A stretch of DNA of 64,000 bases from Nitrospirota bacterium (GCA_021789935.1 JAJYIR010000006.1:9271-73270); one strand, 5' to 3'; counted from the stretch's first letter, positions 30,785-40,722 are shown. The notes: generated by a model not told the origin, from the letters alone. A program made the numbers and translations.

Positions 30785-32392
30785 ATGGAAAAAACGGACC
30801 CGCGTATATCAAAGATAAAGGCCCTAATCGCTTTCAGGACCTTTTTCGTGACCGTGCTTTTGGGGTCTTTTGCCCTTTTCGAGATCGGCAACGGGGCCTT
30901 CCCTTATCCGAAAGCCGTATTCAACCTGATAGAGGCCCTTTACGGGCTGACGATAATATACGCCCTCCTGCTTCGAAGGGTAAAACCAAAGCCGTTCGCT
31001 TATTTCCAGATCGTGCTGGACGTTATCGCGGCCCTCGCCCTCATCTATTTCACCGGAGGGATAGAGAGCTGGTTTTCCTTTCTCCTTATCCTAATCGTCA
31101 TCGCCTCTGGCACTGTAATAGATAAAAGGGCCGCGTTTGTGGCGGCCTCCCTGTCCAGCATCCTCTATGGGGCCATGCTGGACCTCCAGTACTGGAGGAT
31201 GATTCCGATCCCCTATGGCCTTGTCCTCTATGAAAAAGACTTTCTTTACAACATCTTTTCAAATATAGTTGCGCTTTATGTTTGCGCCTACCTTACCGGC
31301 CAGCTCTCATCAAGCCTGGAGAGGACTTCTCTCACCCTTGAAAAAAGGCTGACCGATTTCCGCAAACTGAGCGTGTTCAACAGGGAAGTGGTGGAGAATA
31401 TGCCAAGCGGCCTTATGACAACGGACGCTGATGGAAGGATACTGTCTCTCAACCGTGCCGGGGAGACCATAACGGGCCTTGACCGGGCCGTTGAGTCGGA
31501 CATACGGATACAAAGCATCTTCCCCTTTATCAAGGACCTGAACAAGCCGTTTGAAAGGGGTGAGGGAGAGATGGCGGCAGGCCCCGTAAAAAAAACCATC
31601 GGGCTTACGATTTCCGCCATGAAGACCCCGCAGGGGGATCCGTTCGGGTATATCTGCATATTCTCCGACCTGACCGAAATCAAAAAGATGCAGCAGGAGA
31701 TGCAGCTCAGGCAAAAATGGGCGGCTATCGGAGAGCTTTCGGCCAACATAGCGCATGAGATAAGAAACCCCCTGGCATCCCTCCGCGGGGCGGTCGAAAT
31801 GCTCCACCGGGGCGGGACCAGCCCCCAGCAGCAGGAATCCCTCATGCAGATGGTGCTGTCCGAGGCCGACAGGCTTAACCGGATAATAACGGATTTCCTC
31901 ATGTACTCGAGGCCGGCAGAAAATGAACCCGAACCGGTTGAACTGGATATCCTTCTTAAAGGCACCCTTGAAATGCTGGGCAAATCCGCTCCGGCCGGGA
32001 TCCGGATAAACTCTGACATAGAACCCCTGCGCGTTACCGCGGACCCGGGAAGGCTTCAGCAGGTCTTTTATAATCTCGTCCTGAACGCCTTTGAAGCGAT
32101 GTCCGCAAAGGGGGCCGGCGGCGGAGTGCTTGCCGTTTCGGGCAAAAAGGAAAACGGCGTTGTCAAAATAAATTTCGCCGATACGGGCCAGGGCATAGAC
32201 GCAAAAGACGCCGAGAAGGTCTTTTTCCCGTTCTTCACCACCAAGGACACCGGCACGGGTCTTGGCCTGTCCATAGCCATGCGCATAATGGAATCCCATG
32301 GCGGAAACATCCGCTTTAAAAGCGAACCCGGCCAGGGGACGGAATTCATTGTCACTCTGCCCGTAAACGGAAAGGCACCCGGGCATGTCTAA
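30785..32392 (+). CDS. PilS-like membrane sensor histidine kinase
   Basis: 535 aa with 5-6 N-terminal TM helices, a PAS-like region, the H-box AHEIRNPLASL and HATPase boxes. Adjacent to a sigma54 activator within the pil locus. Confidence 0.75.
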   Translation: MEKTDPRISKIKALIAFRTFFVTVLLGSFALFEIGNGAFPYPKAVFNLIEALYGLTIIYALLLRRVKPKPFAYFQIVLDVIAALALIYFTGGIESWFSFLLILIVIASGTVIDKRAAFVAASLSSILYGAMLDLQYWRMIPIPYGLVLYEKDFLYNIFSNIVALYVCAYLTGQLSSSLERTSLTLEKRLTDFRKLSVFNREVVENMPSGLMTTDADGRILSLNRAGETITGLDRAVESDIRIQSIFPFIKDLNKPFERGEGEMAAGPVKKTIGLTISAMKTPQGDPFGYICIFSDLTEIKKMQQEMQLRQKWAAIGELSANIAHEIRNPLASLRGAVEMLHRGGTSPQQQESLMQMVLSEADRLNRIITDFLMYSRPAENEPEPVELDILLKGTLEMLGKSAPAGIRINSDIEPLRVTADPGRLQQVFYNLVLNAFEAMSAKGAGGGVLAVSGKKENGVVKINFADTGQGIDAKDAEKVFFPFFTTKDTGTGLGLSIAMRIMESHGGNIRFKSEPGQGTEFIVTLPVNGKAPGHV

Positions 32393-33743
32393 GCAAAAGG
32401 AAAAGATACTCGTAGTCGAAGACGAGCGGCACATGAGGGAGATCATAAAAATGCTGCTGGAACAGGAGGGTTTTGACGTCCTTACCGCAGCGGACGGCAC
32501 AGAGGGAGTACGGTGTCTTGAAAACGAGATATTCAACCTGGTGATCACAGACATAAGGATGCCGGGAGTTGACGGTTTTGGAATACTTAAAAGGGCGCGG
32601 GAGATCAGCCCGGACACAGCGATCATAATGATAACGGCATTCGGCACGATGGAGTCCACCCTGGAGGCAATGAAGATGGGCGCCTACGGTTACGTCCATA
32701 AGCCGTTCAAGATAGACGAGATACGGCTCATGGTCAAAAAGGCCCTCGACAAGCAGAAGATGCAGAGGCAGCTTTCTCTTTTGCGGCAAAGGGCTGAGGC
32801 CGGAATTGATGAAAACATCGTGGCCAGAAGCCCGCGGATGAAAGACATACTCCGCATGCTTCCGCGCGTTGCCGACAGCAGGGCAAGCGTCCTTATAACC
32901 GGGGAGTCCGGCACCGGCAAGGACCTGATAGCCAACGCCATCCATAACCTGAGCCCCAGGAAAGACGCCAATTTCGTTGCCATAAACTGCGCCAATCTGC
33001 CTGAAGGCCTTCTTGAAAGCGAGCTCTTCGGGTTTATGAGAGGGGCCTTTACCGGGGCCGCGCAGAACAAGCAGGGCTATTTCGAAGTGGCGGACAAGGG
33101 AACGCTCTTCCTGGATGAAATCGCCGAGATGAGCGTGCAGCTGCAGTCAAAACTCCTGCGCGTCATCGAAACCGGCATATTCCGCAGGCTGGGGAGCACA
33201 ACGGACATAAGCGTGGAGGTGAGAATACTTTCGGCCACCAACAAGGACTTGAAAGAGGCCGTCCAGACAGGCACTTTCAGGGAGGACCTCTTTTACAGGC
33301 TTAACGCGATCCCCATCCATCTTCCCCCCTTGAGGGAGCGGAAGGAGGACATCCCTGCCCTGATAGAGCATTTCCTGAAAAAAAGGAAAAAGGAAAAACT
33401 TTTTGAAAAGGGCGCCCTCGAATTGCTCATGAGCCACTCCTGGCGCGGAAACATCCGTGAGCTTGAAAACATTGTAGAGAGGATACTGCTTTTCAGCGAC
33501 CAGGAGATCATAAGTGTTCACGACATCCCTGACGAGATAACAGGCGACTGTTCGGGCAGGTCCCGTCTTCTCGATAAGATAGGCAACGGGTTCGCACTGG
33601 AAACACTCCTTGAAGGTCTGGAGAAAGACTACCTGGTTGCGGCGCTGGGCCAGTCCGGCGGGAGGAAGGCCGAGGCCGCGAAGCTTTTGGGCCTGAGCTT
33701 CCGGTCCTTCAGGCACCGCCTTGCCAAATACGATATAAAATAA
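32385..33743 (+). CDS. PilR-like sigma54-dependent response regulator (NtrC family)
   Basis: 452 aa with REC (VITDIRMPG), AAA+ (GESGTGKD, GAFTGA) and a C-terminal Fis-type HTH. Overlaps the kinase gene by 8 nt. Confidence 0.85.
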   Translation: MSKQKEKILVVEDERHMREIIKMLLEQEGFDVLTAADGTEGVRCLENEIFNLVITDIRMPGVDGFGILKRAREISPDTAIIMITAFGTMESTLEAMKMGAYGYVHKPFKIDEIRLMVKKALDKQKMQRQLSLLRQRAEAGIDENIVARSPRMKDILRMLPRVADSRASVLITGESGTGKDLIANAIHNLSPRKDANFVAINCANLPEGLLESELFGFMRGAFTGAAQNKQGYFEVADKGTLFLDEIAEMSVQLQSKLLRVIETGIFRRLGSTTDISVEVRILSATNKDLKEAVQTGTFREDLFYRLNAIPIHLPPLRERKEDIPALIEHFLKKRKKEKLFEKGALELLMSHSWRGNIRELENIVERILLFSDQEIISVHDIPDEITGDCSGRSRLLDKIGNGFALETLLEGLEKDYLVAALGQSGGRKAEAAKLLGLSFRSFRHRLAKYDIK

Positions 33744-33834
33744 GGGTAGCCGGACGCAGGCTTTTTTGCGTCAGAAAAAAATAAAAACCAAAAAACAAGG
33801 CGGCACAGTCTTCCCCTGGCCGCTTAAAAAACGG

Positions 33835-34488
33835 ATGAAATCCTGCGGCAAACTGATTGATATTTCGGTCCCGGTAAGAGCAGGCATGGCGGTTTGGCCT
33901 GGCGACCCGCCTGTTGAGCTGGAGCAGATGCAGGCCATCGAAAAAGGTGACGCGGCCAACATCTCCCGCATTGCCATGGGTGCCCATTCCGGAACGCATG
34001 TGGACGCGCCCCTTCATTATATTTCCGGGACGGAGGGCATTGACGAAATGCCGCCGGACGCTTTGCTGGGTCCGGCCAGGGTGATAACCGTGAGCGGCGG
34101 GGCCCGCGGTGAGATCGGGCAGAAGGAGTTGGAGACGCACGGCATAGGCCGGGGGGAAAGGATACTTCTCAAAACCGCAAACTCCGCCTTCTGGCGGGCC
34201 AGGCACGATCTTTTCCACGAAGAGTTTGTTCACCTTGGCGCCGCGGCCGCCGGCTTCCTGGCCGCAAAAAAAATCCGGGCCATCGGGACAGACTACCTCT
34301 CCGTGGGCGGATACGGGGGCGAGGGAGCACTGGCGCACAGGGTGCTGCTTGAGGCGGGGATATGGATAATCGAGGGGCTGGACCTCTCGGACGCCGCCCC
34401 GGGGAGCTATGAGCTCATCTGCCTGCCTCTCAAGATCGAGGGAGCGGAAGCCGCGCCCGCCCGAGCCTATCTCCGTAAATTTTCCTAG
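33835..34488 (+). CDS. Cyclase family protein (kynurenine formamidase-like)
   Basis: Contains the HSGTHVDAPLH metal-binding motif of the putative cyclase family. I moved the start to Met24 (MKSCGKLIDISV); the ORF is open from 33766. Confidence 0.7.
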   Translation: MKSCGKLIDISVPVRAGMAVWPGDPPVELEQMQAIEKGDAANISRIAMGAHSGTHVDAPLHYISGTEGIDEMPPDALLGPARVITVSGGARGEIGQKELETHGIGRGERILLKTANSAFWRARHDLFHEEFVHLGAAAAGFLAAKKIRAIGTDYLSVGGYGGEGALAHRVLLEAGIWIIEGLDLSDAAPGSYELICLPLKIEGAEAAPARAYLRKFS

Positions 34489-34543
34489 CCGCCTTCCCCC
34501 GTCAGCATCTTTTTTTTATACGGAGTCTGGTAGAATTAAAGCC

Positions 34544-35551
34544 ATGGCTTTTTCCGCTTCCACAAAAGAAGGTTTCGGCATAATAAACCACCGCTGGCAG
34601 CTTGTGCTCATAAGAGTAGTTGCCTCCATTGTGAACCTTGCGGCATTTTTCATCATTGTGGGCATACCGCTTTTTATCGCCATAATGGTGGCAGGCATCG
34701 AGCTGGCGACCGCCAATGCAGGCCAATTCCTTGAAAGCCTGAGAGAAGCCTTCACCGGGGGGTATGTCTGGATTGCCGCCCTGGTCCTGGCCAGCATCCT
34801 GCTTTACGCGTTTTTTGCCGCCTTCGTGTGGATGTATGTGCTTTCCGGATCAATGGGCATTATCGCCCGCACACTAGAGAACAGGAAAGAGACCTTCAGG
34901 CTCAAGGTGTTCTACCTGGAGGCAAAAAAGCATTTCACGCCACTTGCCAACTTCTACCTCCTGCTTGGCCTCTTCATCTGTGCCGCCTTCATTGTGCTGG
35001 GAGTGGCTGTGGGCGGAGCCGTCTATATTTCGGACACCCTAAAAGAGGCCAGCTCGTTTCTGGGGCTCATGCTTGAGGTCTTCCTGAACATGTTTATCGT
35101 GCTGGCCGGCCTGTTTGCCGTTTATGGGAGCATGACTCTGGGGGCTTACGGAGCCGGCATTGTAGTGATGGACGGGGAGCGCGCATGGCCCGCGATCAAA
35201 AAAGCGGCAAGATTCCTCTCCGATCACCCGCGGGGTTTTTGGGGTTACAGCGCCCTTCTGACCGCTTATGGAATAGCCACGTTCCTGCTTTTTGTGATAG
35301 GGTATCCGTTCAAGCTAATCCCCATCATCGGAATCGTGATTATATTGCCCTACCAGATAGCCAGCTACGCCATTGGACGCTATCTTGGACTTTCTCTGGT
35401 AGGCAGCGCTTTTTCCTACTACTTCAGAAACACGCGGACTTGTATCCCGGCAGAAGCTCCAGGGCAAGGGCAAGCTCCTGAGGGTCCGGCACCGACGGCT
35501 CAAGAGGGACCCCAAGGACCTCTTCAAACCCCTCCGCCAGCAGGCGTTTAA
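34544..35551 (+). CDS. Polytopic membrane protein of unknown function
   Basis: ATG 34544 (MAFSASTKEG). About 6 TM helices and a Pro/Gly/Gln-rich tail. The 3' end overlaps the convergent ligase gene by 128 nt. Confidence 0.55.
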   Translation: MAFSASTKEGFGIINHRWQLVLIRVVASIVNLAAFFIIVGIPLFIAIMVAGIELATANAGQFLESLREAFTGGYVWIAALVLASILLYAFFAAFVWMYVLSGSMGIIARTLENRKETFRLKVFYLEAKKHFTPLANFYLLLGLFICAAFIVLGVAVGGAVYISDTLKEASSFLGLMLEVFLNMFIVLAGLFAVYGSMTLGAYGAGIVVMDGERAWPAIKKAARFLSDHPRGFWGYSALLTAYGIATFLLFVIGYPFKLIPIIGIVIILPYQIASYAIGRYLGLSLVGSAFSYYFRNTRTCIPAEAPGQGQAPEGPAPTAQEGPQGPLQTPPPAGV

Positions 35552-36287
35552 AAAGCGAGGGGCTTTTGCCCTGCACCAGGGTCGCCAGGCCAGCCATGAC
35601 CTCGGAGTTAAAAGCCCCCCTGAAGACCTTTCCTCCCAAATGCTCGTCAATTTCAAACGGGATGGAGCCCTGCTGTAAAAAGCCGCCGGTCCATCGCCTT
35701 TGCGCTGACCCGACTATCTTCCTCCCGTTTGCGGTCATCTCGGCATAAGACACGGACCCGAAGCACTGGATGGTCCCGCCAGCCTTTTTCCCCTGCCTGC
35801 CGGACACGTCTTCCCGGGATGATACTTTTTCCTCTTCCCCCGTTAAAAACGAAGCCTTGCCTCTGGAGATGCGCTCGCGGCTCATTTTCACTTCCACCGG
35901 GACGCCGAAACGGCGAAGAGCCTTCTCTATGGCGGAGCTTATAACGGCATAGCACCCGAAGAGGTCTTTCCCCCCGAATGCGCCTTCATAACGGGAAACC
36001 AGGCTATAGGTAAGCTCGTTGCCGTGAAGGACGGTCCTGCCGCCAGTGGGACGCACCACTACCGGGAGGCCGCTTTCTTTAATGAAGTCCAGGTCCAGCC
36101 CTCCGCCTTTATTCAGGAAATGCTCTTTTTTCTGGAAACGGCCAAGGCTGAGGCTGGGCTGGTCCCAGCCATAAAACCGTACAGCGGGTGGAGTGAGGCC
36201 CTGCTTTACAGAGAGGGCAAGCGCCTCGTCAAGGGCCATATTGAAGGCGGCCCCGCAGGCCCCGGAATCTATAAGCCTGAAGGACAT
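35424..36287 (-). CDS. Lipoate-protein ligase / octanoyltransferase family protein (BPL/LPL catalytic domain)
   Basis: 287 aa with N-terminal AFNMALDEALA, FYGWDQPSLSLGRFQ and KIVGSAQRR, all typical of LplA/LipB-family enzymes. Has an internal charged insert. Confidence 0.75.
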   Translation of the reverse strand: MSFRLIDSGACGAAFNMALDEALALSVKQGLTPPAVRFYGWDQPSLSLGRFQKKEHFLNKGGGLDLDFIKESGLPVVVRPTGGRTVLHGNELTYSLVSRYEGAFGGKDLFGCYAVISSAIEKALRRFGVPVEVKMSRERISRGKASFLTGEEEKVSSREDVSGRQGKKAGGTIQCFGSVSYAEMTANGRKIVGSAQRRWTGGFLQQGSIPFEIDEHLGGKVFRGAFNSEVMAGLATLVQGKSPSLFKRLLAEGFEEVLGVPLEPSVPDPQELALALELLPGYKSACF

Positions 36288-36472
36288 GAGGGTTCAAGGA
36301 GAATCTTTCTTTTTATGGCCTGTATCTCCTTTATCCTCCCCTGGAAACGCCTCTCCTCACCAAACAGGCTCCTCAGATAGACGGTCCCGTTTTCAGGCCT
36401 TATTACGTCCACGCTTTCGAGATAGAGGTCTTCCTTCTCCCCGTCGGCCAAATACGCGTTAAGTTCGCACAT
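36269..36472 (-). CDS. CooT-family small protein (putative nickel-binding/RNA-binding)
   Basis: 67 aa. Begins MCELNAY with the conserved Cys2. Length and beta-rich pattern match the CooT family. Confidence 0.6.
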   Translation of the reverse strand: MCELNAYLADGEKEDLYLESVDVIRPENGTVYLRSLFGEERRFQGRIKEIQAIKRKILLEPSCPSGL

Positions 36473-36486
36473 TTATTTGTTTTCCC

Positions 36487-37200
36487 TTACCTGTTTCCGC
36501 CTGGAGGAAATTTGATGTAGTTCTGCCAGTATTCCAGCAGCGATTTCGTGGCCTTCAAGTCTCCGGCGCAATACCTGGCTATGTCAAGACACCTGCCCGC
36601 CCTGAACAGCTCTTTTACTTCGTGGCCGCAGGTCTCTTCCTTGGGGCTTTTTATTCCAAAGAACCTGCACCACAGATCCAGGCTGAAGCGTCTGCGCACC
36701 GCTCCAAAAAAAGAAAGCTGGTCCATCAGGTCTATGTGCGGGCCGCTGTAGCGGTTGGGCATGAGGTCCCGCATCGGCTTAATCTTGTAAAGCGCCGAGC
36801 GCGTCAGGATGAAAGGGCAGTCGAAACACCGCCCGTTGAAAGTGACAAACTGATCGTAGCTTTTAACCGCCTGCCAGAACTTATGGAGCACCTCCTCTTC
36901 GGAACCGGCCTCATAAATGATGCCGTCCTCCTCAAAAGGCAGCATGGGCTCCTTTTCTTCCCGGCCATTTTCCCCATCACCGTGCGGGGCCTGGTAATAT
37001 ACCGCCCCCTTGCCGCTGTCAGGGTTCAGCATCCCGATCGCCACTATCTCCGCTGTGAGCGGGTAAAAGGAAAGGCTGTCCTTTACGGCCGCAACGTCCT
37101 CTTCCGACTCCGCGAAGCGAAGAAAATAATCTCTGACGGGCGCCTCAAGGGTATCAAAATCGCCCCCGGCGGTCTCGATATCGAAGATGACCCTGGACAT
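36487..37200 (-). CDS. Predicted 3'-5' exonuclease (RNase H-like fold, PolB-exonuclease related)
   Basis: 237 aa with the N-terminal DIET acidic motif (VIFDIETAG), FNGRCFDCPF and a C-terminal YCAGD motif. Confidence 0.65.
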   Translation of the reverse strand: MSRVIFDIETAGGDFDTLEAPVRDYFLRFAESEEDVAAVKDSLSFYPLTAEIVAIGMLNPDSGKGAVYYQAPHGDGENGREEKEPMLPFEEDGIIYEAGSEEEVLHKFWQAVKSYDQFVTFNGRCFDCPFILTRSALYKIKPMRDLMPNRYSGPHIDLMDQLSFFGAVRRRFSLDLWCRFFGIKSPKEETCGHEVKELFRAGRCLDIARYCAGDLKATKSLLEYWQNYIKFPPGGNR

Positions 37201-37225
37201 TTTCGGGACAGGGAAAAGGCCGCGC

Positions 37226-38542
37226 TCAGGCGGCCTTCGCTGATTTCTGGAATATGGACCAGGTCTTAAGTATGTCCATTGCCCTCTGGAGCTGGGTATC
37301 GTCTTTGGCCTTTATGCCGGAAAACGACATCACCTCTTCCTCTTTGCCCCCGGATTTGCCGGTACTGACGCCAAGATGATTTTTAAGGTCCCGTTCCCTT
37401 ATGACCGCGTGTTCCTTTGCACCGTCCACCGCGGCCAGCGCCACCCGTATGTCCGGCGTAATGCCGATGTTCTGTATGGAGACGCCGCTTGGCGTATAGT
37501 ACATGGCTGTCGTAAGCCTAAGGGCAGAACCGTCGCTGAGCGGGATTACGGTCTGCACGGAGCCTTTCCCGAACGTCTGGGTACCCAGGATGACCGCCCT
37601 TTTCCAATCCTTGAGGGCGCCTGACACAATTTCTGAAGCGCTCGCGCTGCCCTGGTTGACAAGCACTATCATCTGCATGTGATCGTAAGAAGGATATTTG
37701 CTGGTAGTATCATAGTCGGTCCTTGGGCCGGTCCTCCCCTTGATGTAGACCACGAGTTTGCCCGGGGGCAGGAACTGCCCGGCAACCGCGACCGCGCTGT
37801 TTAAAAGTCCGCCAGGATTGTTCCTTAAATCCAGTATGAGGGATTTCATCCCTTCGGCTTTAAGCTCCTTGAGGGCCGCCGCCATGTCCCTCGCTGAATG
37901 CTCCTGGAACTCCGTGAGCCTCAAGTAACCGATGCCGTCCTTCTTGTCCAGCATCTTCCATTTAACGCTCTTTATTTTTATTACGGCCCTCACAAGCCTG
38001 ACATCGAATGTCTTGGAAATGCCCTCCCGGAAAATCGAGAGGGTTACAGGGGCGCCCACAGGCCCGCGCATCTTCTTTACCGCGTCGAATATGGTCATGT
38101 CACCAGTAGGCGCGCCGTCTATCTTGACGATCTTGTCTCCGGCTTTGATGCCGGCCTTGTATGCGGGCGTGTCCTCAATGGGAGAAACAACCGTCAATAC
38201 ACCGTCTTTTACTCCTATCTCTATGCCCAGCCCTCCAAACTGCCCGCTGGTGTCTATCTGCATATCTTTATAGGCATCCGGAGGCATGAACCCTGAATGC
38301 GGATCCAGAGAGTCTATCATGCCGTTTATGGCGCCATAGATCAGCTTCTTGGTGTCCGGCACCTTCACATAATTGGCCTCAACGGTTTCAAGCACCTCGG
38401 TGAAGACCTTTAATTGGCTGTAGTTGTCCTCTCCCGCGTTTACATAAGTGTTCGTCCACAGCGTTATCACGGCAAAGAGGACAACGAGGCTCGCGGCCAA
38501 GGCGGCAAACCATATTTTTTTCTTCTTTAAACTAAAGGACAT
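37226..38542 (-). CDS. ctpA: Carboxy-terminal processing protease (S41, Ctp/Prc)
   Basis: 438 aa with a signal-anchor, a PDZ domain, the catalytic Ser region GSASASEI and the Lys region TFGKGSVQ. Confidence 0.9.
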   Translation of the reverse strand: MSFSLKKKKIWFAALAASLVVLFAVITLWTNTYVNAGEDNYSQLKVFTEVLETVEANYVKVPDTKKLIYGAINGMIDSLDPHSGFMPPDAYKDMQIDTSGQFGGLGIEIGVKDGVLTVVSPIEDTPAYKAGIKAGDKIVKIDGAPTGDMTIFDAVKKMRGPVGAPVTLSIFREGISKTFDVRLVRAVIKIKSVKWKMLDKKDGIGYLRLTEFQEHSARDMAAALKELKAEGMKSLILDLRNNPGGLLNSAVAVAGQFLPPGKLVVYIKGRTGPRTDYDTTSKYPSYDHMQMIVLVNQGSASASEIVSGALKDWKRAVILGTQTFGKGSVQTVIPLSDGSALRLTTAMYYTPSGVSIQNIGITPDIRVALAAVDGAKEHAVIRERDLKNHLGVSTGKSGGKEEEVMSFSGIKAKDDTQLQRAMDILKTWSIFQKSAKAA

Positions 38543-38696
38543 TACCTGGATACCTCCAATGATCTTCCCTGCGGCTGTCCCGCGGGAAACCTGCTGTAAG
38601 GAATTTTTTTCACTACATCAGCTTGCTGGTCCCGAGTTAAAAAACGGGGATGAGCCAGCCATCCATTCACTCCAAAAAACCCGGAATAAAAGACAA

Positions 38697-39851
38697 TCAA
38701 TTCCTGGCCAGCCACTGCATCGGGTCAAGAGGCTTACCCCTGTATCTTATCTCGAAATACAAAGAGGGTGCATTTACCATCGCGGATTCTCCGGCTTTGC
38801 CGACCTTCGCCCTCTTCATTATTATATCCCCAACCTTCAAAAAAATCTCATTCAGATCTGCATAAAGACTGTTATATCCGCCCCCGTGGTTTATAATCAC
38901 AAGCTGCCCATAACCCTTGAACCAGTTCGCATATATGACCTTGCCTTCAAAAATGTTCCGGACCATTGCGTTTGCCGCCGTCCTTATATATATGCCGTTT
39001 CTGAATATGGGCGTGCCAAACACCGGGTCCGTGCCTCGCCCGTAACGGAACACCACGGAGCCTCTCACAGGCCACGGCAGCCTGCTTTTCATGCCCCGGA
39101 ACCCTTTGCCGTTGTATTGGGAAGCTGCGTTTGAGCGGTTGATGACCGCAAGCAGCTTCCTGGAAGCCTCCTTCAGCCCATCGAGCATGGCCTCATAGCT
39201 GGCCTTCTGCCCTTTAATTGAGGCAAGGAGGTTCTGTTTTTCCTGTCTTTTCATGTCCAGCCGGCTCTTGGCAAGGGCGGCCCTGGATTCTTCCTGCCTC
39301 AGGCCCGAGACGAGGCCAGAAAGTGAGGCTTCCTGCTGTTGGAGTTCGTTCAATGAGGCCCTGTAAGAATCCTCTTGGCTTTTTCCCAGTTTCGCCAGTA
39401 TCTCCAAGTAGCGCCACCTCCTTAAAAAGGAGCCCATGTCGTCTGCGCCAAGCAGCATGACCAAATCTTCCGTCTGTCCGTTTTTCCAGAGGCCAATGAG
39501 CTTGGCCTTCAGCCAATTCTGGCGCTTCAGCAGTTCCTGTTTGGTCTTTTCTATGCCGGCATTGGTCAAGCCGATCTTCCTGTTGATGGAAGCCAGACGC
39601 CTTTTTTCAAAATCAAGCCGCCCCTCATATTTGGACACTTCCCCGTCCATGGCCTGCAATTGGCTCGAAACGGACGACTCACGCTTTTGGGCCTGCCGGA
39701 GATTTTCTTCCTCATTTTTTATCTCATTTTGTATCTTCCTGTATTTGCCTTTCGCGTCCTCGGAGTGGCAGACGGAGGCAAAAAAGAAAAGGAAAAGGAA
39801 AACGGGCAGGATCAGGAGTACAAGCAGGCCTTTTCCATCCGGCATGCGCAT
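38697..39851 (-). CDS. EnvC-like murein hydrolase activator (coiled coil plus degenerate LytM/M23 domain)
   Basis: 384 aa with a signal peptide, a long coiled coil and a C-terminal M23 fold. The metal ligands are replaced (NGIYI in place of HxGxD, SLYFEIR in place of HLHFE). Follows ftsEX. Confidence 0.8.
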   Translation of the reverse strand: MRMPDGKGLLVLLILPVFLFLFFFASVCHSEDAKGKYRKIQNEIKNEEENLRQAQKRESSVSSQLQAMDGEVSKYEGRLDFEKRRLASINRKIGLTNAGIEKTKQELLKRQNWLKAKLIGLWKNGQTEDLVMLLGADDMGSFLRRWRYLEILAKLGKSQEDSYRASLNELQQQEASLSGLVSGLRQEESRAALAKSRLDMKRQEKQNLLASIKGQKASYEAMLDGLKEASRKLLAVINRSNAASQYNGKGFRGMKSRLPWPVRGSVVFRYGRGTDPVFGTPIFRNGIYIRTAANAMVRNIFEGKVIYANWFKGYGQLVIINHGGGYNSLYADLNEIFLKVGDIIMKRAKVGKAGESAMVNAPSLYFEIRYRGKPLDPMQWLARN

Positions 39852-39852
39852 G

Positions 39853-40722
39853 TCAGATTTTAATTCTGCCCAGGGCTATGAGCGCCCCGGTAAACCCTAT
39901 GAAAAGACCAGCCGGCACCGGCATGAAAAAAATAACGGAGGGGAAGAGCATGTACCTGAGGACGGGCACGGATGAGGCGAATCCGCCCAGGAAAAACCCT
40001 CCGAAAACTCCGTAGGCCGCAAGACATGCAAGCAGGCCGCCAGCCAGCCCCAGCAGTGCGCCTTCCACAAGAAAAGGCGCCCTTATGAACCACCCCCCGG
40101 CGCCAAGCAGCCCCAGGGTTTCCACCTCGTCTTTCCTCCGGTAAAAAAGTATCTTGACAGTGCTGTAGCAGACAAAAAGCACGCCCGCAAGCAGGGCCGC
40201 AAGAAAGGCGACGCCCGCCGACCTGGCGCCTGTTATTATCCGCTCTATTCCTTCAAGGAACTTGGCCCCGTATTCCACATCCTGGACCCCTTGCATTTCC
40301 TTTATCTGGCTGGCAAGCCCCTGGACGGCTTCACTTTTCAGGCTGCCTCTTTTGAACCTGACCTCTATGGAGGCGGGAAGCGGGTTTCCGTCCAGACCCT
40401 CAAACAGGTAAGCGGAATCCTTCATGTCCTTCTTCAATTCCTGCAAAGCGGCAGCCTTGGATATGTAGGAAATTGTCCCGACGGCCTGGCTGGCCTTGAT
40501 GGCCGTCTCCAGACTGGCCAGGCCCTGCTGGGATATTCCATCATCCAGGTAAACCGTCATGGAGAAACGGTCCTGGAGCTTCGATGCGAAATAATTCAGG
40601 TTATATACCGCAAACAGGGCGACAAGCAGTATAAAAAGCCCCACCCCCATGGACAGGACGCTGAGAAGATTTATCCACTTTTCCTTCCATATCCCGGCAA
40701 GGGCGCTTCTTAATCCGCTCAT
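39853..40722 (-). CDS. ftsX: Cell division permease-like protein FtsX
   Basis: 289 aa with 4 TM helices and a large first periplasmic loop. Overlaps ftsE by 4 nt. Confidence 0.85.
   Translation of the reverse strand: MSGLRSALAGIWKEKWINLLSVLSMGVGLFILLVALFAVYNLNYFASKLQDRFSMTVYLDDGISQQGLASLETAIKASQAVGTISYISKAAALQELKKDMKDSAYLFEGLDGNPLPASIEVRFKRGSLKSEAVQGLASQIKEMQGVQDVEYGAKFLEGIERIITGARSAGVAFLAALLAGVLFVCYSTVKILFYRRKDEVETLGLLGAGGWFIRAPFLVEGALLGLAGGLLACLAAYGVFGGFFLGGFASSVPVLRYMLFPSVIFFMPVPAGLFIGFTGALIALGRIKI

Noticed and set aside
31310-32659. A 449-aa minus-strand ORF antisense to pilS/pilR. Similar long antisense ORFs occur at 21360-22481, 15654-16517, 9003-9842, 43218-44186, 24680-25639 and 28482-29369.
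   Set aside because: Most of these are reverse-complement-frame ORFs of well-supported genes. They have no SD, no domains and biased composition. Codon bias explains them.
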